From a virus: a DNA stretch of 37,972 nucleotides. Under the pieces are notes generated by a model. That model ran no database searches. It was not told the origin of the DNA and saw nothing but the letters and a program-made list of their open reading frames with translations. The DNA is taken from positions 1 through 37,972 of the IMG/VR virus record IMGVR_UViG_3300045988_102451. One strand, written 5' to 3'. Below, in pieces: positions 9,008 through 16,282 of the stretch (position 1 is the first letter of the stretch; every line of letters starts with the position of its first letter). The position numbers and the translations under genes are program-made.

Positions 9008-9151
9008 ATGAAAAAAATTAAATCAATAAGTATTGATGATGATGTATGGTATTTATTTCAAAAATATGCACTAGATAATAAAACAAATGTATCATCATTA
9101 ATAGAAGAATACATGAGAAATGTTTTAAAAGAAATGAAAAAGGAGAAATAA
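9008..9151 (+). CDS. Ribbon-helix-helix (CopG/Arc-like) protein, 47 aa (not in the ORF track)
   Basis: MKKIKSISIDDDVWYLFQKYALDNKTNVSSLIEEYMRNVLKEMKKEK shows a beta-strand, helix, helix pattern. The RBS 'aaggagg' is upstream. Confidence 0.6.
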   Translation: MKKIKSISIDDDVWYLFQKYALDNKTNVSSLIEEYMRNVLKEMKKEK

Positions 9152-9155
9152 GAAT

Positions 9156-9419
9156 ATGAATAATGAAAAGATATTATATTATTTAGGAATATTAGAAAAT
9201 GGAGCATTAAATTATTATCAAACAGTAAAAACAATAAGAATAGTAAGTCAAAGTATTCAAAATTATATAGAACAATTGGAACAACAATGTAAAAAGCAAA
9301 AAGAAGTTATTGATAAAGCAATAAATTGGACTATTAAATATCAAACAGAATGGTGTCAAGAAGATGAAGTTATAAGAGATTTAAAACAATTATTAGATAT
9401 ATTAAAGGTGTCAGAATGA
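9156..9419 (+). CDS. Hypothetical protein (87 aa)
   Basis: ORF with an 'aaaggaga' RBS. Confidence 0.55.
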   Translation: MNNEKILYYLGILENGALNYYQTVKTIRIVSQSIQNYIEQLEQQCKKQKEVIDKAINWTIKYQTEWCQEDEVIRDLKQLLDILKVSE

Positions 9420-9889
9420 ATATAGAAGCAATAAATAAATGGCTAGATAAAGAATATGGCTGTTCTTATACTAGATTGGAAGAATTACATGATTTTTATT
9501 TTGAAAAGTATTGTGATTTAAAGAAAGAAAACGAACAATTAAAAGAAACTTACAAAGAAGTATTTAATAATTATCAAAAGTTAAAAAAAGAGAATGAAGA
9601 AGTTACATCGTTGAATCTTCATCAAGTAGATAAAATACAACAACTAAAAGAAGAATTAGAAGAATATAAAAATCCAATTAAATATTTTAAATATGCTAAT
9701 AAAAATGTAACAGAAGAAAACAAACAACTAAAAGATAATTGGAATAAGTTAAAAGAATATATGATAAAACAACAAACAAGAATAGTGATTGAAAATACTG
9801 ATGAAGATGAATTTGTTTATACTGATTTATTAAATAAAATGCAAGAATTAGAAGGAAGTGATAGTGATGGACAGAGAAATAGTTGTTAA
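9416..9889 (+). CDS. Hypothetical coiled-coil protein (157 aa)
   Basis: ORF with a 4-nt overlap with the upstream gene. Confidence 0.55.
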   Translation: MNIEAINKWLDKEYGCSYTRLEELHDFYFEKYCDLKKENEQLKETYKEVFNNYQKLKKENEEVTSLNLHQVDKIQQLKEELEEYKNPIKYFKYANKNVTEENKQLKDNWNKLKEYMIKQQTRIVIENTDEDEFVYTDLLNKMQELEGSDSDGQRNSC

Positions 9890-10304
9890 AAAAGTAAATC
9901 TACAACAAGACGAAGTAGATAGGCTTAATAATACAATTGAAATGCGTGATAGCACTATTAAATATCAACAAGACCAATATTTAAAACTTTTAAGGAGATT
10001 AGACAATAAAGAAGCTTTTGGGCTTAATTGTTTATTATTTACGTATGATGAACTTATTAAAATATTAAAGAGTAATTATCATCCTTTAAAAGATTATCTT
10101 GAAAGATGGTTTGGTACATATGAAGATTTTAAAGAAAATGAAGGTTTATTTTTTGCAGAAGATGCCATTGAAGTCGAAGAAAATGATTACTGGTTAGTTA
10201 ATATTAAAACAGATTATGCTTGTAGCTTTAAAGATATTGAATTATTAAATAGAAAAGTTTATGAGTTAGAGAAAGTAGAGAGTGATAGTAATGTTAAAGA
10301 TTAA
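9867..10304 (+). CDS. Hypothetical protein
   Basis: ATG at 9867 inside track ORF 9858..10304, with 'gaaggaag' upstream. Confidence 0.5.
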   Translation: MDREIVVKKVNLQQDEVDRLNNTIEMRDSTIKYQQDQYLKLLRRLDNKEAFGLNCLLFTYDELIKILKSNYHPLKDYLERWFGTYEDFKENEGLFFAEDAIEVEENDYWLVNIKTDYACSFKDIELLNRKVYELEKVESDSNVKD

Positions 10305-10485
10305 AGATAAAGTAATAAATAATGGATTAAAGGGACAAATAATTGATATTAAAGAAGCTGACAATATACCTGGGAATCCTAAATTATATTTAATAAAGTA
10401 CCCTTTATTTACATTTAAAAATCCATTTAAAAGAAAATTATGGACATTTGGTTTTGATTTAGAGAAAGTAGAGAGTGATGAGTAA
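10291..10485 (+). CDS. Hypothetical protein (64 aa)
   Basis: ATG at 10291 inside track ORF 10282..10485. Confidence 0.5.
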   Translation: MLKIKDKVINNGLKGQIIDIKEADNIPGNPKLYLIKYPLFTFKNPFKRKLWTFGFDLEKVESDE

Positions 10486-10857
10486 ATGAATTTAAAAACT
10501 ATAAAGGGTGAAACAGGAACATATGTTGAAATACCAAGAAATAGAATTACATTTAAATCAAAAGAAGCAGAAATTATATTTGATTTAACTTTAGAAAATG
10601 ATGAATTGAGATTAAAAAATCAAGAATTAAAGAAACAACTTGAAAATTACAAAAAATTAGGTTTTAAATATTTACAGGACAAGAATAACGATTTAGAAAC
10701 TCAACAAAAAGAGTTTATAAAGTATTTAGAAGATGAAATAAATAAATGGAATTATAACTATGATAGTTATAACTATGAATATGAAGTTGAAGAACCAACA
10801 GCAGAAGAATTAGCAAACAAAATTTTACAAAAATACAAAAGTATAATAGGAGAATAG
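10486..10857 (+). CDS. Hypothetical protein (123 aa)
   Basis: ORF starting immediately after the upstream stop codon. Confidence 0.55.
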   Translation: MNLKTIKGETGTYVEIPRNRITFKSKEAEIIFDLTLENDELRLKNQELKKQLENYKKLGFKYLQDKNNDLETQQKEFIKYLEDEINKWNYNYDSYNYEYEVEEPTAEELANKILQKYKSIIGE

Positions 10858-10859
10858 AT

Positions 10860-10958
10860 ATGATTGATTTTTTGAAATGGATAGGAACAATAATCTTAGG
10901 ATGTATTGTTTTTGTAATATTTATTATGCGAGGTAAGAATTATGCAGAAGAAAAATGA
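10860..10958 (+). CDS. Small membrane protein (32 aa, not in the ORF track)
   Basis: MIDFLKWIGTIILGCIVFVIFIMRGKNYAEEK. GGAG lies 7 nt upstream of the ATG. Overlaps the start of the MTase gene. Confidence 0.4.
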   Translation: MIDFLKWIGTIILGCIVFVIFIMRGKNYAEEK

Positions 10959-11841
10959 GATAGATAATATTTTTGAGGAAAAGACCTATAAAATTAATAA
11001 TATTTTTTGTGAAGATTGCGTAGAGGGCATGAAAAAAATTAAATCAAATAGTGTAGATTTAGTTGTTACATCACCGCCATATGATGGTATTCGCAATTAT
11101 AATGGATTTTCCCTTGACCTTCATGAAACAGGGAAAGAGATATATCGTATTCTAAAAGAAGGTGGAATCTGCGCTGTTGTTATCCAGGACCAAACAAAGG
11201 ATTTCGGTAAATCGCTAACATCGTTTAGAATTATAGTTGATTGGTGTGATAATATAGGTTTTAAATTATTTGAAAATATTATTTATCATAAAAATGGTAC
11301 AGAAGGAGCATGGTGGAAATATAGATTTAGAGTTGACCATGAATATATTCCTCTATTTTTGAAGGGTAAAAAGCCATCATATTTTAATAAAGAACCATTA
11401 AAAATTCCTTCAAAGCATGGTGGCAAAACCATGACAGGAAGCGGGAATAGAAGGACTGACGGAAAAACAACTGCAACTGTTACTAGACAAATAAATGCAA
11501 TGAAATGTAGAGGAACTGTTTGGGATTATATGATGGCAGGAGATAAAAATCCATTAAAAAGAAAACACCCTGCCGTATTCCCAGACCAAATTCCGTTAGA
11601 CTTAATAACATGTTTTTGCCCTAAAAATGGAATAGTTTTAGACCCATTTATGGGTTGTGGTTCAACGGCGGTTGCCTCAGTCAGATTAAATAGAAATTTT
11701 ATTGGATTTGATATATCTCAAGAGTATTGTGATTTAGCATATGAGAGATTAAAAAAAGATACATTATTTTATAATGTAAATAATAAGGAGATGATAAATA
11801 ATGAAATTAGAAGTTGGAATGTATGTAAGGATGGAAAATGA
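10942..11841 (+). CDS. Beta-class DNA methyltransferase, SPPY type (probably N4-cytosine), orphan
   Basis: Motif IV 'VVTSPPYDG', 'HPAVFPDQIP', motif I 'DPFMGCGSTA'. Visibly GC-richer than the surrounding island. Confidence 0.9.
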   Translation: MQKKNEIDNIFEEKTYKINNIFCEDCVEGMKKIKSNSVDLVVTSPPYDGIRNYNGFSLDLHETGKEIYRILKEGGICAVVIQDQTKDFGKSLTSFRIIVDWCDNIGFKLFENIIYHKNGTEGAWWKYRFRVDHEYIPLFLKGKKPSYFNKEPLKIPSKHGGKTMTGSGNRRTDGKTTATVTRQINAMKCRGTVWDYMMAGDKNPLKRKHPAVFPDQIPLDLITCFCPKNGIVLDPFMGCGSTAVASVRLNRNFIGFDISQEYCDLAYERLKKDTLFYNVNNKEMINNEIRSWNVCKDGK

Positions 11842-12160
11842 TGCTGAAAATATAGTTATTATAAATAGAATTGCAAATGTATTTGAAACCACTATATTAA
11901 CTGAAAATGATGGCAGTATCTATCAAGGAGAATATACAAAAGAAAATGTGATTAAAGCCGATTATAAAATAATTAAAATTTTGGAAGAGGGGGACTATGT
12001 AAATGGATATCCAATATATGAAATAGTTGAGTATGAAGATGATACAAGAGCAATAGTTATTGATGATGATAATAAATCAATTATATGGGAAAGCGAAGAT
12101 ATAAAATCAGTCATCACACATGAGCAAATGAAACAAATGGCTTATAAGGTAGGTGAGTAA
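11801..12160 (+). CDS. Hypothetical protein (119 aa)
   Basis: ORF with an 'aaggag' RBS. Overlaps the MTase 3' end by 41 nt. Confidence 0.55.
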   Translation: MKLEVGMYVRMENDAENIVIINRIANVFETTILTENDGSIYQGEYTKENVIKADYKIIKILEEGDYVNGYPIYEIVEYEDDTRAIVIDDDNKSIIWESEDIKSVITHEQMKQMAYKVGE

Positions 12161-12162
12161 AG

Positions 12163-12366
12163 ATGAAAAAGATAACAATTAGAGAGTTGTATCAAAGAGT
12201 GTTAGATGATAAAGACATTATAAAAAAAATAAGATATAGAAATGATATTTATGAATATAACAAAGAAGAACATTTTTATAGATGTTATGATGATTATGGT
12301 TCTTATTGGTTACCTTTTAATTTAGATGATAAATTAGAAATTTTAGGAGGAAATAAAGATGAATAA
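12163..12366 (+). CDS. Hypothetical protein (67 aa)
   Basis: ORF preceded by a 'ggtgag' RBS. Confidence 0.55.
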   Translation: MKKITIRELYQRVLDDKDIIKKIRYRNDIYEYNKEEHFYRCYDDYGSYWLPFNLDDKLEILGGNKDE

Positions 12367-12634
12367 AAAAATAACCGCTGTATGTAAAATTTGTGGTCAA
12401 GCAATTTTTAATGATGAAAAACATAGTTGTAAATCTAATGATTTAAAAAAAGAATTAATTAGATATCAAAATATACAAGAAAGACAATTTAATACATTAG
12501 TTGAAGCACAAGCCTTTATAAAAAATAATACTTGGAACATTAATGACAAAGAACAAATTAAAGAATTACTTCTTATTATTTGGAATAGTATAACAAATCA
12601 AAAATTTGAAATTAAAATAGATTTAGGAGAGTGA
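12359..12634 (+). CDS. Hypothetical protein (91 aa) with an N-terminal CxxC...HxC motif
   Basis: 'CKICGQAIFNDEKHSC' near the N-terminus, with a 'ggagga' RBS. Confidence 0.55.
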   Translation: MNKKITAVCKICGQAIFNDEKHSCKSNDLKKELIRYQNIQERQFNTLVEAQAFIKNNTWNINDKEQIKELLLIIWNSITNQKFEIKIDLGE

Positions 12635-12638
12635 TTAA

Positions 12639-12860
12639 ATGAAATGGTATTTAATACAAAGCAAACCAGATGACTATAATAGTAGAAATATTGCGATAAT
12701 TGCTTCAAAAAAACCAATACACAAGTATGTATATAGTGCAAAAGAAATTGATAAACATGAATTTTATATATTTAGCAAATATTTTGATGAGATAATAGAA
12801 AATGAAATTGTAAAAGAATATCATATAACATTAGCAGAATATTTACAAAATTGTTTTTAA
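12639..12860 (+). CDS. Hypothetical protein (73 aa)
   Basis: ORF with a 'ggagag' RBS. Confidence 0.55.
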   Translation: MKWYLIQSKPDDYNSRNIAIIASKKPIHKYVYSAKEIDKHEFYIFSKYFDEIIENEIVKEYHITLAEYLQNCF

Positions 12861-12879
12861 AGATTAAGGAGTTGATTAA

Positions 12880-14544
12880 ATGATTAATGAAGAACTACAA
12901 GAAAAGTTGTTAAGTGTGTTTGACAAAAGATTTCAAGATTACAACACAAAAGTATTAGAAGAATTAGGAAATGTTATCAAGCAATTTAAAGACTTAACAC
13001 CAAGCCAAGCATACAAGTTAGGTCAGCAGCTAAAATACAATACAACTATCAAGGATTTATTAGATGAGTTATCTAAAATAAGTGGCTTGTCTGTTAAAGA
13101 CTTAAAAGCAATACTAGAAAAGGTTGCAAAAGAGAACATTGGCTTTGCTGATGTGTATTATAAAAGTCGTGGACTTGATACACCTATTTATAGTGAGAAT
13201 AAAGCACTTCAGAGACTTGTTTCTAGTGTTTATAGTATAAGTGGTGCAGAATTCAAAAACATTGCTAAAAGCACAGGTTTTAGACTTTTAGGAGATAATG
13301 GGAAACCTTTATTACTAGACATTGATGAAACATACAAATATGTAATAGATAAATGTGTTGTTGCTATTAGTCAAGGGAAGGAAACATATCAGCAAAGTAT
13401 GAGAAATACTTTAAAGCAATTATCTTCAAGTGGAGTTCGTAAAATAGAATATGAGAGTGGATATTCAAGAAGATTAGACACTTCTATAAGGATGAATATA
13501 CTTGATAGTATGAGGCAAGTATCAAATGAAAGCCAACAACTATTTGGCAAAGAATTTGATAGTGATGGTGTAGAAATATCAGTGCATTTAAATCCAGCAC
13601 CAGACCACGAATTGGTACAAGGGAGACAATTTAGTAATGAAGAATTTGAGAACTTCCAAAATGATAGAAAAGCAATTGATTATACTGGTATGGTATTTGA
13701 ACCTGAATTTGAGGGATATGATAGACGTTCTATAAGTGAATATAATTGCTATCATTACATATTTAGCATAGTTTTAGGTGTATCTAAACCACAATATAGT
13801 GATAAGCAATTAAAAGAAATAATTGATAATGCTAACAAAAAAATAGAATTTGATGGCAAAGAATATACTCAATATGAACTAACACAACTTCAACGAAGAA
13901 TTGAAAGTGCTATTCGCGAAGCAAAAGATACACAAATATTAGCAAAAGCAAGTGGTGATGAAGAACAAGTATTAAAAAGCCAATTAAGAATTACACAATT
14001 AAATACTAAGTATAAACAGTTATCTCAAATTAGTGGATTACCTACTAAAAAACAAAGATTATCTGTTGGTGGATATAAAAAGATTAGTACAAAAAGTGTT
14101 GAAGAAAAAGTTAAAAAGGTGTATAATACAGGTGATTTATATAGAGATACAACTCTTTATATAAAAGCAAAAAAATGGCAAGAAAAGATAAAAGATGGTG
14201 AAATTAATCTTAACATAAGAGAAGGCAAACAAGTTCGTCATTTTATAAACAATAAAGAATATATAAAAAACAAAAGTTATTTTAATGAAAAATATTCTAA
14301 TATAGATAAAATTAAAGAATTAGTTGATAGATATGCTGGAACAGGTTGGATACCTGATACCAAAGAAAATAGATTAAATAAAAGTAAAGAAAGAATAACG
14401 ACAAATGAAAAAATAGGTATATATATAGGAATAGATGATAAAGGAAAAATTATCTTGAAACAAGAAACAAATTCATTTATAATACACTACTCAAAAAAAG
14501 GAGTACATATTGTACCATCACCAAATAAGGAGGATAAAAAGTGA
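12880..14544 (+). CDS. Head morphogenesis / minor capsid protein (SPP1 gp7 / Mu F-like) with a C-terminal extension
   Basis: 554 aa. 'HLNPAPDHELVQGRQFS' resembles the gp7/Mu-F core motif. The extra ~147-aa C-terminal domain ends 'FIIHYSKKGVHIVPSP'. Confidence 0.8.
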   Translation: MINEELQEKLLSVFDKRFQDYNTKVLEELGNVIKQFKDLTPSQAYKLGQQLKYNTTIKDLLDELSKISGLSVKDLKAILEKVAKENIGFADVYYKSRGLDTPIYSENKALQRLVSSVYSISGAEFKNIAKSTGFRLLGDNGKPLLLDIDETYKYVIDKCVVAISQGKETYQQSMRNTLKQLSSSGVRKIEYESGYSRRLDTSIRMNILDSMRQVSNESQQLFGKEFDSDGVEISVHLNPAPDHELVQGRQFSNEEFENFQNDRKAIDYTGMVFEPEFEGYDRRSISEYNCYHYIFSIVLGVSKPQYSDKQLKEIIDNANKKIEFDGKEYTQYELTQLQRRIESAIREAKDTQILAKASGDEEQVLKSQLRITQLNTKYKQLSQISGLPTKKQRLSVGGYKKISTKSVEEKVKKVYNTGDLYRDTTLYIKAKKWQEKIKDGEINLNIREGKQVRHFINNKEYIKNKSYFNEKYSNIDKIKELVDRYAGTGWIPDTKENRLNKSKERITTNEKIGIYIGIDDKGKIILKQETNSFIIHYSKKGVHIVPSPNKEDKK

Positions 14545-14699
14545 AAACAGAGTTATTTCAAAAAAATGTTAAAGTAATATTAAAAGACGGAAAAGTATTT
14601 ACGGGATTATTTTACGAAATATTTTGGGAAGAAAAAGAAATTATGATAGGAAATACCATTTTAGAAATGAAAGATATTGAAAAAATGGAAGAATATTAG
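14541..14699 (+). CDS. Hypothetical protein (52 aa, not in the ORF track)
   Basis: GTG at 14541 overlaps the upstream stop (gTGA), with 'aaggagg' 7 nt upstream. VKTELFQKNVKVILKDGKVFTGLFYEIFWEEKEIMIGNTILEMKDIEKMEEY. Confidence 0.5.
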   Translation: MKTELFQKNVKVILKDGKVFTGLFYEIFWEEKEIMIGNTILEMKDIEKMEEY

Positions 14700-14702
14700 T
14701 AA

Positions 14703-14731
14703 TTACAAAAAATAAATTAATGTGATATAAT
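14703..14731 (+). promoter_or_regulatory. Extended -10 promoter upstream of the HNH gene
   Basis: TTACAA (14703-14708), 17-nt spacer, TGaTATAAT (14723-14731). Confidence 0.55.
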
Positions 14732-14737
14732 TAAATT

Positions 14738-14789
14738 GTGAAGAGGTGCCGTAATCACCTCCTTCACTAATACTTTATTACGGGAGGTG
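14738..14789 (+). promoter_or_regulatory. Leader RNA with mutually exclusive helices, one of which sequesters the HNH Shine-Dalgarno
   Basis: Hairpin 14738-14748 / 14756-14767 (11 bp, one bulge). Its loop ccgtaat (14749-14755) is complementary to attacgg (14777-14783). cacctcc (14756-14762) is complementary to the SD ggaggtg (14783-14789). Confidence 0.5.
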
Positions 14790-14794
14790 TTAAA

Positions 14795-15301
14795 ATGGAA
14801 AATGAAGTATGGAAAATAATGAAAGAACATTCTAATTATGAAGTATCAAATTTAGGAAAAATAAAAAATAAAACGACAGGTAGAATAAGAAAAACATCAA
14901 TCAATAATAAAGGATATGAGCAATTTATTGTTTATATTGATAAAAAACCAAAAACTTTTTATGTTCATAGAGTGGTTGCTAACAATTTTTTAGAAAATTT
15001 AAATAATTTACCAGAAGTTAATCATAAAGACAAAAATAAATTAAACAATCGTGTTGATAATTTAGAATGGTGTGATGGTTGTTATAATTTGCATTACGGA
15101 ACTAGAATAGAAAGAATAATAAATAAGAAAAAACCACTTTACATAAAAATAATTCAAAAAGATAAAAATAAAAATATTATAAAAATATGGGAAAATATAG
15201 ATGAGATTGTATGCAATAATAATTATCATAGAAGCAATATTTACAAATGCTGTCAAGGAAAATTAAAAACTGCATACGGTTATATATGGAATTACCTTTA
15301 A
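14795..15301 (+). CDS. HNH homing endonuclease (NUMOD4 + HNH_3 type), free-standing
   Basis: 'WKIMKEHSNYEVSNLGKIKN', 'GY..F', 'YVHRVVANNFL', 'VNHKDKNKLNNRVDNLEW', C-terminal 'AYGYIWNY'. Confidence 0.85.
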   Translation: MENEVWKIMKEHSNYEVSNLGKIKNKTTGRIRKTSINNKGYEQFIVYIDKKPKTFYVHRVVANNFLENLNNLPEVNHKDKNKLNNRVDNLEWCDGCYNLHYGTRIERIINKKKPLYIKIIQKDKNKNIIKIWENIDEIVCNNNYHRSNIYKCCQGKLKTAYGYIWNYL

Positions 15302-15308
15302 CAGGTAG

Positions 15309-15445
15309 TGTCTAGTGATATATAAAAGTCTAGGGGCAAAAGGTAATAAAGTAAGTTAGTAGTGTGGTATCTATACTTACAATTCTCTTGGAGGACACCA
15401 CAAAGTGTTATAGGCATATAACATAAACCTTTATATCATTAGACA
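15309..15445 (+). ncRNA. Structured non-coding element closed by a 14-bp long-range helix (function unknown)
   Basis: tgtctagtgatata (15309-15322) pairs with tatatcattagaca (15432-15445) with one G-U pair. Inner helix tgtggt (15363-15368) / accaca (15397-15402). No ORF in the region. Confidence 0.4.
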
Positions 15446-15491
15446 GTATCTATTAAAGATACAATTGTAATCATAGTAAGATTTTTCTTGC

Positions 15492-15517
15492 AAGCAACCT
15501 TAAATGGTTGTTTTTTT
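15492..15517 (+). terminator. Weak intrinsic terminator
   Basis: caacc (15495-15499) / ggttg (15506-15510), followed by T7. Confidence 0.45.
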
Positions 15518-15523
15518 GTGGTT

Positions 15524-15552
15524 TTGACACATTTTGTGTTTTATGATATACT
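15524..15552 (+). promoter_or_regulatory. Near-consensus promoter upstream of the scaffold/capsid genes
   Basis: TTGACA (15524-15529), 17-nt spacer, TGaTATACT (15544-15552). Confidence 0.65.
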
Positions 15553-15682
15553 TTTTTTGGGTAAAAGTATAAAATACAAATACCTGAAATATGGCTACAA
15601 CCATTGATTGCTTAAGATGGTTTAAATATTAAATTCTTGGTGGAGTAGACCACTTGAAAAAATCGAGGGAGGAGATATTTAT

Positions 15683-16258
15683 ATGAAAGATTTTTTAGAG
15701 AATTTAGAAATTGGTGAAAATAAGGTTAAATTATCACAAGAAGAAATTAAATCTATTTTAGCCGAACACGGAAAAAGTGTTAAAACAGAAACTGAAAAAG
15801 TTGAAAATAATATGAAAAAAGAAAATGGAGATTTGAAAGCGACTATTAATGATTTAAAAGAACAAGTTAATAAAGCACCAAAATCTGATGAAATAGAAAG
15901 TCTTAAATCGAAAATTGCAGAATATGAAACAAACGAAACTAAAAGAATTGAAGCTGAAAAGCAAAAAGCTTTAGATGATAGTTTAACTACTAACATATTA
16001 AATGCAATTGGAGATAAAAAATTTGTTAATGATTATACAAAAAATGCTATAATCAACGATATTAAGAGTTCTTTAAAAGACAGCAACAATGCTGGAAAAT
16101 CTGCAAAAGATTTATTTGAGGAACTAACAAAAGACAAGGAAGGAATATTTGACAATCCTAACAAAGGAGTTTCAACTCCACCAACAGGAGATGTTAATAC
16201 TGGACTTGCAAAAGAAAATCACGATAGGGAACTATTGGGATTAGAACCAAAAAAATAA
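15683..16258 (+). CDS. Capsid scaffolding protein (GP20-like)
   Basis: 191 aa, charged and helical, immediately upstream of the major capsid gene. N-terminus 'DFLENLEIGENKVKLSQEEIKSILAEHGKSV' is typical of GP20-type scaffolds. Confidence 0.8.
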   Translation: MKDFLENLEIGENKVKLSQEEIKSILAEHGKSVKTETEKVENNMKKENGDLKATINDLKEQVNKAPKSDEIESLKSKIAEYETNETKRIEAEKQKALDDSLTTNILNAIGDKKFVNDYTKNAIINDIKSSLKDSNNAGKSAKDLFEELTKDKEGIFDNPNKGVSTPPTGDVNTGLAKENHDRELLGLEPKK

Positions 16259-16282
16259 AAAAAAAGAGAGGAATGATTTAAA

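Noticed and set aside
9008-9419. The RHH protein plus the downstream 87-aa ORF as a toxin-antitoxin pair
   Set aside because: The 87-aa product shows no ParE/RelE/Doc-like motifs that I can recognise, and the genes are separated rather than overlapping. RHH proteins are also common stand-alone phage regulators.
14541-15683. The HNH gene plus flanking structured RNA as an intact group I intron splitting a structural gene
   Set aside because: The upstream ORF ends with a normal stop at 14699, and the scaffold gene has its own promoter, RBS and ATG at 15683. I could not join the flanks into one continuous reading frame or identify a convincing P7/G-binding core by eye. It is kept only as a possible degenerate remnant.
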